From the NCBI GenBank assembly GCA_965228855.1, contig CBDDIJ010000005.1, positions 576,001-640,000 of the forward strand: 64,000 nucleotides of DNA, read 5' to 3'. Below are positions 19,844 through 29,289 of this stretch, piece after piece. Under the pieces are notes generated by a model. That model saw only the letters and a list, made by a program, of their open reading frames with translations, made no database searches and was not told the DNA's origin. Origin of the DNA: Candidatus Obscuribacterales bacterium. GTDB taxonomy: Bacteria > Cyanobacteriota > Vampirovibrionia > Obscuribacterales > Obscuribacteraceae. Numbering within the stretch: position 1 is the stretch's first letter; each line of letters opens with the position of its first letter. The position numbers and the translations under genes were made by a program.

Positions 19844-22800
19844 TTAGACCTCATGGTCCGGCAGTTCAACCGGATATTCGCCTTCATGCTCACCATGGTC
19901 GCTGTTTTTGTTAAACAGCAAATAAATGGCAGGCAAAACCAGCATGGTCATAAACGTTGCAGTTAGTAGACCTCCAAACACAACAGTCGCTAGTGGTCTT
20001 TGAATCTCAGCTCCCGTGCCGTCGGAAAACAGCTTGGGAATTAAACCCATCATCGCCACCATCGCAGTCATTATTACTGGTCGCAGACGCACAGCAGCGC
20101 CTTCGCGAATGGCTTTCGCAGTAGCAACACCCTGTCGCTCCAGCTGCATGATGTATGAAACCAGAATAACGCCATTCTGTACCGCCACACCGAAGAGTGC
20201 AACAAAACCGATGATGGCAGGAACCGAAACAGGCTGGTGTGATATAAACAGCGCAATGATACCGCCTATAGTGGCAAACGGCACGTTGAGCATAATAATC
20301 GCCGCGTTTTTGAATGAATGGAATGTGAGAAACAGAAGTACGAAGATCAGGAATAGAACGATAGGAACGACAATTGCCAGTCGAGCCATTGCGCGCTGCT
20401 GGTTATCAAATTGCCCACCCCAGACAATGGAATACCCTGGTGGCAAATGCACCTTTTCCTTGACGCTCTTCTGCGCGTCTTGAACCCAGCTCCCCAGATC
20501 GCGTCCACGAATGTTCACCATTACAGCACTTCTGCGTTGGCCGTCTTCACGCATAATGAGAAGCGCACCACGCTCGGTATCAATATCGGCAAGTCGCTGC
20601 AGATTTAATTGAACGCCATCAGGAGCGTCCACTGCGATGTGCTGAATGTCCGATTCTGTTCTTCTCTGGCGCATGGGAAAACGAACCAGTACACCAAACC
20701 GCCGACTACCCTCGATCACTTCCGTCACGACCTTTCCGGCCAAAGCGGTTTGAATAATGTCCTGCACGTCGCCGACCTGCAGACCATGACGAGCCAATTC
20801 ATCACGCTTCAACTCTATCTTTAATTGCGGAGCACCAAGAATCGGTTCTCGTGTAACGTCACCGGTACCTTTGACTTGCCTCACACAAACGCTGACTTCA
20901 TCGGCAATTCGACTCAATGTTTTGAGATCTTCCCCGAAGATCTTGATGCCGACGTCAGCTTTGATACCGGTGATCAAATCGTCGATCATGTCGGCAATCG
21001 GTTGCGAGAAACTGAACATCATACCTGGAATGGACGCGCACTCTTTTGCCATACGTTCTACAAGATGCTCTTTGTTGCGGTCCTTCCACTCGGACTTGGG
21101 CTTTAAACCGATAAACATGTCAGCTGCATCTACGCCCTCAATGTCAGAACCCATTCCGGAGCGCCCAACTCTTGTCGCCAGAATTGAAACTTCAGGGAAC
21201 TTGACGAGCATATTCTCCACAATCTTTGTAAATTCAATTGTGCGCGTATGCGAAATACTGGGAGGCATGCGCAGACGAAGCCAGATCGAGCCTTCGTCAA
21301 TACTTGGAATAAACTCGGAACCTAAAAACGGAATCAAACAAGCACTGAGGACTACCGCAATAGTGGAAACGAAGATAATCGGTTTGGGTTTATTCAGAAC
21401 CTTATCGAGCGCCGGAGAATATGTCTTCTTAATCGCTTCGAGCATCGGGTTATGACGCTCGACCACCCGCTTTTTCAAAAACCAATAACAAAGTGTTGGA
21501 ATAATCAGAAGCGCGCAACCAAGCGCTCCCATGAGAGCGTAGATGAACGTTAACGCGAGAGGATGGAACATCTTGCCTTCCACACCCTCGAGCGCAAACA
21601 GAGGCAAGTAAACAGCCACGATGATCATCATGGCAAAAGTGATTGGGCGTCCGACCTCCTTGGCAGCAGCCGTTATAACAGCAAGTGTATCGATTTGCTT
21701 TTCGCCGTGCCGCTCGTGGGCGAGCGACAATTTCCGAAAGATATTCTCCACCATCACGACCCCGGCATCGACAACGACGCCGAAATCGACTGCTCCAAGC
21801 GTCATCAGGTTGGCAGACAGACCTGTAAACTTCATGAGCATGAAGCTGAACAGAAGAGAAAGTGGTATCACCACTGCCACTATAAGCGATACCGGAATGT
21901 CCATCAAAATCGCGGACAAAATGACTATTACAAGCCCGCCGCTAAATAGCAGAATCTCCTTGACGGTATCCGCTGTTTTGTCGACCAGCTCTTTTTGATT
22001 GTAGAAGGGCTCAATTTTCACTCCTGGAGGAAGTGTAGATTTGATCTGCTTGATTCGCTGCTCGACACGAGTGACAACATCTTTGGTATTCGCGCCTTTG
22101 CGAGACATGACAATTCCTATAATTGCCTCGCCCTTACCATTCATCGAAGCGGAACCACGACGGAATGCCGGACCAACCTCCACACTGGCGACAGCACTCA
22201 ACAGAACGGGCACACCGTGCTCTTCTTTGAGAACGATATCGCGAATGTCCTGGGTCGTGTGAATGCGACCTAAACCGCGAATAATTACTTCTTCGTCTCC
22301 AACCTCGATAAAGTTTCCGCCGGCATTTATATTGCTGTTGCCGATGATTTCCAGCACATCATGGAGCCGTAAGCCGAAAGCACGGAGCTTATACTGGTCT
22401 ACGTATACTTGGTATTGTTTCACCCAACCGCCATAACTGACGACGTTTCCAACGCCTGGAACGGCGAGTAATCTCTTTGCGATCACCCAGTCCTGGAGTG
22501 TTCTCAAGTCGATTGGATCCATAGTGTCACTGGACACGTGATACATGAAAACCTGACTGAAGCTCGATACCACAGGACCAAGCAAGGGCTGCGGAACATC
22601 CTTCGACAGATTCAAACTGGTAAGCCGCTGCTGAACAAGTTGGCGAGCAAAATATACATCGCAGCTGTCTTCGAAAATAGCTGTGACAACAGACAGGCCG
22701 AATTCGGAACTGGACCTGACCTGTTTGATAAACGGCAATCCATTTAACGCATACTCAATCGGCACAGTTACGAGAGATTCGACTTCTTCGGCAGCCATGC

Positions 22801-22963
22801 TCTCGGGCTCGGTAATGATTTGAACCTGTACGTTACTCACGTCAGGGAAAGAGTCGGTTGGAATTGTAAAAACCGAATGCAAGCCTAAAGCAACAACGGC
22901 AACGACAATCATGAGCGTCACAGCGCGGTTGTTGAGCGCAAATTCAATAAGTTTGTCAATCAT
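19844..22963 (-). CDS. Heavy-metal efflux RND permease (CusA/CzcA family)
   Basis: DSFPDVSNVQVQI, GAVDFGVVVDAGVVMVEN, FGVAVQNG, RLRPVIMTA and GAEIQRPLATVVFGGL motifs; His/acidic C-terminal tail. Confidence 0.93.
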   Translation of the reverse strand: MIDKLIEFALNNRAVTLMIVVAVVALGLHSVFTIPTDSFPDVSNVQVQIITEPESMAAEEVESLVTVPIEYALNGLPFIKQVRSSSEFGLSVVTAIFEDSCDVYFARQLVQQRLTSLNLSKDVPQPLLGPVVSSFSQVFMYHVSSDTMDPIDLRTLQDWVIAKRLLAVPGVGNVVSYGGWVKQYQVYVDQYKLRAFGLRLHDVLEIIGNSNINAGGNFIEVGDEEVIIRGLGRIHTTQDIRDIVLKEEHGVPVLLSAVASVEVGPAFRRGSASMNGKGEAIIGIVMSRKGANTKDVVTRVEQRIKQIKSTLPPGVKIEPFYNQKELVDKTADTVKEILLFSGGLVIVILSAILMDIPVSLIVAVVIPLSLLFSFMLMKFTGLSANLMTLGAVDFGVVVDAGVVMVENIFRKLSLAHERHGEKQIDTLAVITAAAKEVGRPITFAMMIIVAVYLPLFALEGVEGKMFHPLALTFIYALMGALGCALLIIPTLCYWFLKKRVVERHNPMLEAIKKTYSPALDKVLNKPKPIIFVSTIAVVLSACLIPFLGSEFIPSIDEGSIWLRLRMPPSISHTRTIEFTKIVENMLVKFPEVSILATRVGRSGMGSDIEGVDAADMFIGLKPKSEWKDRNKEHLVERMAKECASIPGMMFSFSQPIADMIDDLITGIKADVGIKIFGEDLKTLSRIADEVSVCVRQVKGTGDVTREPILGAPQLKIELKRDELARHGLQVGDVQDIIQTALAGKVVTEVIEGSRRFGVLVRFPMRQRRTESDIQHIAVDAPDGVQLNLQRLADIDTERGALLIMREDGQRRSAVMVNIRGRDLGSWVQDAQKSVKEKVHLPPGYSIVWGGQFDNQQRAMARLAIVVPIVLFLIFVLLFLTFHSFKNAAIIMLNVPFATIGGIIALFISHQPVSVPAIIGFVALFGVAVQNGVILVSYIMQLERQGVATAKAIREGAAVRLRPVIMTAMVAMMGLIPKLFSDGTGAEIQRPLATVVFGGLLTATFMTMLVLPAIYLLFNKNSDHGEHEGEYPVELPDHEV

Positions 22964-23206
22964 TTCAGTTTCACAGTTTCAATTTCGGTTCTGGAGCGGA
23001 CCTGAAGAACGGGCTTAAACGGTTGAGCTCATAGAGCGCGACCGTTCTATCAATTCAATAACTCAGCCGTGCAACGTCCGACCGTTCAACGCATGCTACA
23101 GAGGGGATGCGTGCTTCTTCGTGCGAAGAAAACTTTCACGCGCAAAAGTCTCCGAATGCAAATCGTTTCAAAAGTCAGATTGCGACTGAGGTACGAGCCG
23201 GGTCCC

Positions 23207-23560
23207 TCAGCACAAGAAGGCCTGATGCACCAGCCATAAACCTTTATCGCGTTTCATCGCCACCGCATGGTCACCGTTGAAACTTAACGGATGAAGCGGA
23301 GCATGCTCGGTGAATTCGAGCGTCCAGGTGTGAAGAATAGAAAAAAGTTCAGCACCGTTCATAAGCGGCAGCGTCTGCGCAAGCTCAAGTCCATTCGGAG
23401 AGAGGAACGGATCGAGCGGCACTATATCTTCCAAGCTGATATCGTCCAAGTTATCAAAATCACCTGGACAGGCAATTATTTGAAGTCCGCCGTACATCGA
23501 GATGTACTGCGTGAAAAGGAACAAAGCTAAGATAGTAAGGCTTGCTAGCGACCGGCGCAT
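23207..23560 (-). CDS. Small hypothetical protein upstream of czcA (possible leader or CzcI-like ORF)
   Basis: AGGAG RBS 6 nt upstream; hydrophobic N-terminus, acidic middle, His residues and C-terminal LWLVHQAFLC. Confidence 0.6.
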   Translation of the reverse strand: MRRSLASLTILALFLFTQYISMYGGLQIIACPGDFDNLDDISLEDIVPLDPFLSPNGLELAQTLPLMNGAELFSILHTWTLEFTEHAPLHPLSFNGDHAVAMKRDKGLWLVHQAFLC

Positions 23561-23775
23561 GTTAGAACTCCTACCTAATAACCTATCATACCGACGTAGG
23601 CTTTACCGACTTCAAAAATTTTTTTGTGTGAAATTCATTTGATGGCCATTCGTTCAGGGTCTGAAAATCCTCTTTCAGCATCGCTTTGCAAGTCATGCTT
23701 TCCCCAGACTGACGCAACAGTTTTTTATTTCAAGCATGCTCACTGGGTATATTGAGCGAGGAGAACCGGAACCAA

Positions 23776-25488
23776 ATGAACGACGAAGCTTCCTCGAACA
23801 GACAATGGATATCCTCGCTCAGTGAGGGCGGAGTTGGCTTTAAGGTTTGGGACAGCACGTGCGATCTCGAGCTGGATGACGAATACGATTCCAAACTTAT
23901 CCGCGATTTTGATGGTGAACTGCTTGCACTCACACCGCTGCCAGTGGCTCCCAAAGTCTCCGACGATCCATTTGCGGAACTGAAAACATCTCCGCGCACC
24001 CAGCTAGTTCGCTATCTCACGCCGGAAGAAGAGATGGAAGCACTCCAGCTCGATCTGAATGATGGCGAAAATGAGATGCCGGAATCGGCTTCAAAAAATT
24101 CGCCGGTTATTCCCACCTCTCCGGATTCTTCATCGCAAGAAGTTGAACCTGCAGCACAACATGTTCAAGAACAATCAATGCCTCGGGTTACAAGAGAAGG
24201 TCTTGGCTGGGAATCAAAACGACAGAATCCTTATGTGGAAACCATGGACGGTGTCGGCATCGGACAAGTAAATGCACCAGGATCAGACGTTCAATCACAA
24301 CGCAAAAAGCAGAAACCTGTGATCGTTATAGACAATCGATTCCAGGTCGTGTCTCAACTTGGCAAAGGTGTGATGTGCAACGTTTACAAAGTGAAGGAGT
24401 TGGAAACCGGCACGATGATGGTCCTTAAGATGCTTCCAAGCGAAGCATGGAGTGATCAGGAAAAGATTCTTCGGGCCCGATCGGAAGCGCAGATTATCAC
24501 GCAGTTGCAGCACGAAAATCTAATTCCGTTTCGTCGATTCGACGCGACGGCAGATGGTAAGCCATTTATTCTCATGGACTATCTGCATGGTATCACTCTG
24601 CTTCGGGCAATCAAAGCAACCGATGGTCTTCCATTGCCGCGTGTCGTTCAAGTTATGGAACAACTGTGCCGTGGTCTGGCAGCCGCGCATAATGCCGGTG
24701 TCGCTCATCGCGATATCCGCCCGGACAACATAATGTTCCTCTCGAAAAAAGGCGATTACAATTTGAAGATTGTAGATTTCGGCTTAGCCAAGCTAGTTTC
24801 AGAAGGCGTCGAACCGTTGAAAATACTTGAGGCTACCGGCGAGATTTTCGGTAATCCGCCTTACATGTCGCCGGAAGAATGCCGTGGAGGTATTACGGAT
24901 ACTCGTTCCGACATCTACTCGATCGGGTGCGTCACGTACACTGCGATGACAGGACAACCGCCGTTTTCAGGTTCCAATTCGCAGGAGACTCTGAAGCGGC
25001 AGATCCAAGAGGACCTATTGCCTCCAACCCGAGTGAAGAAAAACCTGGCAAGTTCAAAGCACGCGGGCTGGGTCGCAGTTACCGATCTCGAATACATTGT
25101 GATGAAATGCCTGGAGAAGAATCCCAACGATCGCTATCAAAAAGTCGAAGAGATTTTGATCGATTTGGACAAACTTCGAAAGTCAATACCGCTCCAACAA
25201 ACTCAAACGAAACGCGCATCCGGTCTCCGCAAAGCGGAATTGCAGAAGTCTGAAGACGCCTCCGGTAAACGGTTCAGTCCTGTCATTGTCGCAGTCATCG
25301 CGCTTGTGCTGGTCGCACTCGCGGGGCTGGGCTTCGCGCTAATGGCGAAACCTGCACCGGATACGGTATCAAGGGAATCCGAGAACGCGGACATTCCGCC
25401 ACAAAAAATGCTGCTACCGCCAGCCCCGAAGGCAAGCGAAGACGCAAAACATATTAAAGTTGCGCCGACTCCACCTCAGGAACTATAA
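23776..25488 (+). CDS. Hanks-type Ser/Thr kinase with acidic N-terminal extension and C-terminal TM helix
   Basis: LGKGVMCNVY, VLK, HRDIRPDN, DFG, GNPPYMSPE and DIYSIG; TM VIVAVIALVLVALAGLGFAL; GAGGAG upstream of the ATG at 23776. Confidence 0.9.
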   Translation: MNDEASSNRQWISSLSEGGVGFKVWDSTCDLELDDEYDSKLIRDFDGELLALTPLPVAPKVSDDPFAELKTSPRTQLVRYLTPEEEMEALQLDLNDGENEMPESASKNSPVIPTSPDSSSQEVEPAAQHVQEQSMPRVTREGLGWESKRQNPYVETMDGVGIGQVNAPGSDVQSQRKKQKPVIVIDNRFQVVSQLGKGVMCNVYKVKELETGTMMVLKMLPSEAWSDQEKILRARSEAQIITQLQHENLIPFRRFDATADGKPFILMDYLHGITLLRAIKATDGLPLPRVVQVMEQLCRGLAAAHNAGVAHRDIRPDNIMFLSKKGDYNLKIVDFGLAKLVSEGVEPLKILEATGEIFGNPPYMSPEECRGGITDTRSDIYSIGCVTYTAMTGQPPFSGSNSQETLKRQIQEDLLPPTRVKKNLASSKHAGWVAVTDLEYIVMKCLEKNPNDRYQKVEEILIDLDKLRKSIPLQQTQTKRASGLRKAELQKSEDASGKRFSPVIVAVIALVLVALAGLGFALMAKPAPDTVSRESENADIPPQKMLLPPAPKASEDAKHIKVAPTPPQEL

Positions 25489-26572
25489 GGGTCTCAATCG
25501 CACCCGGACACAAGGCAAGCGCTGAGAGCAGCATAACCATTAAGGCTGCCATCACGGACAGTACCATAGTGAACCGCCGTTGATTAGCATTGGTGCACGG
25601 CTCGACATTCTCCGGTGCTGTCTCCGCATCCGTTGCTGCCTGCACGGCATGGAGAAACGAGCGCAACCTCTCGGTCTCATCGATTTTCATTTGCGTCGAT
25701 AATTCCTTCATCGCATCGCGCAACTGTAGCGCGGATGAGTATCGCTTTGAAGGTGACTTGCGCAAGCACTTGCTTATGATGAAGTCTAGTTCGGCGACGA
25801 TATCACTGTCCACAGGCAGACGTGAGCGCAGACTTGGTGCGCTTTCGCGAATCTGAGCGTCAAGCGTTTCAGCGATGCTGTTTTTCGCAAAAGGAGTTGC
25901 TCCTGTTAACATTTCAAAAAGGAGGCAACCAAAAGAATAGATATCGCTGCGAGCGTCGGTGACTCGGCCCTGTGCTTGCTCGGGGCTCATGTAGAGCGGC
26001 GTTCCAAGTATCGCCTTGCATCGTCCGCCCAAGAGTGATTCAGGTCGGTTGATACCACCGGCAAGACCAAAATCGACAACCTTCGCAAGAGGCTTACCAT
26101 CGTCTCCCCAAGTTATCATTACATTTTGCGCCTTTAAATCTCGATGGACGACACCACGCGCATGGGCATGCTCAAGGGCAGAAAGGATTTGAACCGAGAT
26201 ATCGAGCGCAAGTTCAAAATTAAGCGGTCCCCGCTCTTCGATTAGTTCTTTAAGAGATGTCCCTTGCAACAACTCCATGACCATATACGGCTTGCCGCAC
26301 TGGCTGAGCCCGAAATCCAGCACCACCGGAAGATTTTGCATCCGAAAAGCAGACAAAACTTTCGCTTCATGCTGAAACGTGCGCACACTGACCAGATCAT
26401 TGTGTTCGGACTTGATGAATTTGATAGCCACAAAGCGATCGAGGAAGCTATCATGAGCCTTCAAGACAACACTCTTGGCACCTTGTCCTATGCGATCGAA
26501 ATCGGAATACCGAGATGGTAATGTTATGCCTCCAGCAAAAGCCGGAGCCATCTTGCCCGCGCAATTGAGCAT
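25454..26572 (-). CDS. Hanks-type Ser/Thr kinase with C-terminal TM helix
   Basis: IGQGAKSVV, VAIK, HRDLKAQN, DFG and GTPLYMSPEQ; start uncertain (26572 or 26551); 3' end overlaps the preceding kinase by 35 bp. Confidence 0.9.
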   Translation of the reverse strand: MLNCAGKMAPAFAGGITLPSRYSDFDRIGQGAKSVVLKAHDSFLDRFVAIKFIKSEHNDLVSVRTFQHEAKVLSAFRMQNLPVVLDFGLSQCGKPYMVMELLQGTSLKELIEERGPLNFELALDISVQILSALEHAHARGVVHRDLKAQNVMITWGDDGKPLAKVVDFGLAGGINRPESLLGGRCKAILGTPLYMSPEQAQGRVTDARSDIYSFGCLLFEMLTGATPFAKNSIAETLDAQIRESAPSLRSRLPVDSDIVAELDFIISKCLRKSPSKRYSSALQLRDAMKELSTQMKIDETERLRSFLHAVQAATDAETAPENVEPCTNANQRRFTMVLSVMAALMVMLLSALALCPGAIETLIVPEVESAQL

Positions 26573-26781
26573 GCTGCAAGCGCCTCTTAAAAAATTTCCC
26601 CACACAGGAGTGTGTATTCGCACACCGAAATTTCTGGACACCTCGCTTCAATTTCTCTCATTAATTCAGGAATCGATCCACAATGTCCGGCAGCAAGCGA
26701 GTTTCGAAACGGCAATTCACGCTGCAAACGGGATACAATTAACGGTCGAGTATACGCATAAAAAACGGACTAACCACAGTC

Positions 26782-28179
26782 ATGAATCTTCGCGCAGATG
26801 TAATCAGCCCACTTGATATGTTCAAGATCGGCATTGGTCCATCGAGTTCACACACAGTAGGACCGATGGTTGCCGCATATGAATTTCGCAATTCAATCAA
26901 GGAGGATCTGAAGAACACAAGTAACAACTCTAAGTGGCACATCACAGTGGAGCTTTATGGAAGCCTGTCAGCGACAGGCAAAGGACACGCTACGGATGGA
27001 GCTGTTTGTGCCGGGCTCGTAGGCATGATTCCGAAGGATGCAGATCCGGACAAAGTCTGGCAAGTGAAGCCGGATCTGGATGCGAATCCAATCGTGGTGA
27101 TAGACGGAAGCGAAATCGGTTTCAAACCGGAAAGTGACATCAAGTTTTTGGGATGGATGATTGATAACCAGGGTCTGCCGCATCCAAATACCATGCGCTT
27201 TACTTTGAAGAACGGCGATGAAACAGTGCGTGAGGATATGTGGCTCTCCGTTGGGGGCGGTTTCGTCGAAAGATACGATACGCAGGCTGGCAAGCGCATA
27301 TCGACCAACCAATGGCACAACGACGCCGAACTGCCGTACCCATACGACACAGCCCACGAATACATCGAACAATGCAATAGAAGTGGCTTACCGCCCTGGC
27401 AGGTGGTGATTGCAAATCAAGAGGCGCGTGGTCTAAGCGAGAAGGAATTACGTTTAAAACTTGGTGAAATTCTTGACGTAATGGAAGGGTGTATCGAGCG
27501 TGGTCTGCATGCGGAAGGTATTCTTCCAGGTGGGTTGAACGTTCGTCGTCGCGCCAAAAGTCTGTATGAAAAACTGCAATCAGGCTCGCCACCCGCCTGG
27601 GCAGGCAACGATCTGCGACCGTCGGTTTACGCAATGGCGGTCAACGAAGAAAATGCGGCAGGCGGAAAAGTGGTGACCGCTCCGACGAATGGCTCATCGG
27701 GACTGATTCCTTCTGTGTGGAGGACGTTAAAAGAGACACACGACTTCTCCCGAGAGACAATGGAAAACGGCTTGATCGTCGCGTCAGTCATAGGGGCGCT
27801 CGTCAAGGTTCACGCATCGATCAGCGGCGCCGAGGTCGGATGCCAGGGCGAGGTAGGTACCTCGTGCGCAATGGCAGCCGCAGGAGCGGTGGCGATGCTG
27901 AACGGATCGGTAAACCAGATCGAGCAAGCGGCCGAAATTGGCATTGAGCACCACCTGGGGATGACTTGCGATCCGATTATGGGTTTAGTCCAGGTACCCT
28001 GCATCGAGAGAAATGCGATGGGCGCCGTCAAAGCATTGAACGCCGCTGCACTTTCGCTTGCATCTGACGGCAACCACCTCATAAGTCTGGATAAAGCGTT
28101 ATCGGTCATGAAACAGACCGGTCTGGATATGAACGAGAAGTATAAGGAAACCTCTACCGGTGGGCTGGCTCTGGGCTAG
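26782..28179 (+). CDS. sdaA: L-serine ammonia-lyase, Fe-S dependent, single chain
   Basis: [37 protein letters not shown] and [17 protein letters not shown] motifs. Confidence 0.96.
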   Translation: MNLRADVISPLDMFKIGIGPSSSHTVGPMVAAYEFRNSIKEDLKNTSNNSKWHITVELYGSLSATGKGHATDGAVCAGLVGMIPKDADPDKVWQVKPDLDANPIVVIDGSEIGFKPESDIKFLGWMIDNQGLPHPNTMRFTLKNGDETVREDMWLSVGGGFVERYDTQAGKRISTNQWHNDAELPYPYDTAHEYIEQCNRSGLPPWQVVIANQEARGLSEKELRLKLGEILDVMEGCIERGLHAEGILPGGLNVRRRAKSLYEKLQSGSPPAWAGNDLRPSVYAMAVNEENAAGGKVVTAPTNGSSGLIPSVWRTLKETHDFSRETMENGLIVASVIGALVKVHASISGAEVGCQGEVGTSCAMAAAGAVAMLNGSVNQIEQAAEIGIEHHLGMTCDPIMGLVQVPCIERNAMGAVKALNAAALSLASDGNHLISLDKALSVMKQTGLDMNEKYKETSTGGLALG

Positions 28180-28386
28180 ACCGAGATAGTCAAACTCGAA
28201 AAATTGTCCGAAGAATTCACTTGACATCTATAGTTATTTCATAATATTCTTGAAACGCCCCAGAGAAGATTCAAATTCTCTTTTCCTTTGTTTTAGTAAA
28301 CCAACTCGCTGTTTGTTGACGCAGAGCCCGCTCTGCTCAATTCTTGTGCCTTCACCTGCAGAAGGACGTTCCTAAAGGAAACCCGC

Positions 28387-29280
28387 ATGGAAAACACATC
28401 CAATGAAGACCGCCTGGCGGGTCTCGCTCCTGATGAGTGGAACGAGGTTGACGTCGGCACGCGGATCGATCTGAACGGGAAAACAACTTACCACGTACTG
28501 ACCAGCGACAGAAAAGTCGGCTACTTTGTCGAGAAAGTATATAACGACAAGCAGAATCTGGTCCGTATCGTTAAACGCGGCAGAAACAGCCGTTCTGAAA
28601 CAGATTTCGCACCCGATACCGGCGACGTCGTTCGGATTTTCGAGTCAAGCACTTTGCCGGATGGCAATGCGATGACCAAAGAAATCGTCTACGCAAGCGA
28701 ACGCTCCACGGAAACCATCGTCATCGTAGGACCTGATGGCGACCTGAAGCGCACGGTCCAACGCGAGAGTGTCGGCATAAGAACGCTGCAACAAGGCCAA
28801 ACCGATTACAAACAAAACGGCGTTCCGTCTGTGACAATCAATCACACGATGGAACCAAAAACTGGAAAGCTCTCTCACCGTGAGCAGATTCGCTGGCTAA
28901 AAGATGGTCAGCGCGCTTCGACTGAACACTTTTTCTTTAATGCAATCGGCGCAGTCAGCAAATACACAAAAATTTTGTATCATGCCACTGGCGGACCGTT
29001 CCTCGAAGAGACTCATAGATACGGGACCTCCGGACACATGCTTCGCCGCGAGATCATTCAGTACAATCCAACCGGCGTGCAAACCGCTGCAGATCTTACG
29101 ATGTACGACGAGAAGGGCGACATAACGCAACGCTCGACTACGTACTACGATCATCGAGGCGCCGCTGTGGCGACGCACTCGGCCGATTGCCCTCCGGCTG
29201 AGTCATGGCTGGAAGAAGGAGAACAGGTTCTCAAACAACTGGAGAAAAAACTGGAGTCATCCTCGGAAAATTATTACTAA
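28387..29280 (+). CDS. Hypothetical beta-hairpin repeat protein (YD/MORN-like pattern)
   Basis: Recurrent Y[DN]xxG turns (YNDKQN, YKQNG, FNAIG, YNPTG, YDEKG, YDHRG); no signal peptide. Confidence 0.65.
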   Translation: MENTSNEDRLAGLAPDEWNEVDVGTRIDLNGKTTYHVLTSDRKVGYFVEKVYNDKQNLVRIVKRGRNSRSETDFAPDTGDVVRIFESSTLPDGNAMTKEIVYASERSTETIVIVGPDGDLKRTVQRESVGIRTLQQGQTDYKQNGVPSVTINHTMEPKTGKLSHREQIRWLKDGQRASTEHFFFNAIGAVSKYTKILYHATGGPFLEETHRYGTSGHMLRREIIQYNPTGVQTAADLTMYDEKGDITQRSTTYYDHRGAAVATHSADCPPAESWLEEGEQVLKQLEKKLESSSENYY

Positions 29281-29289
29281 GCATCAGCT

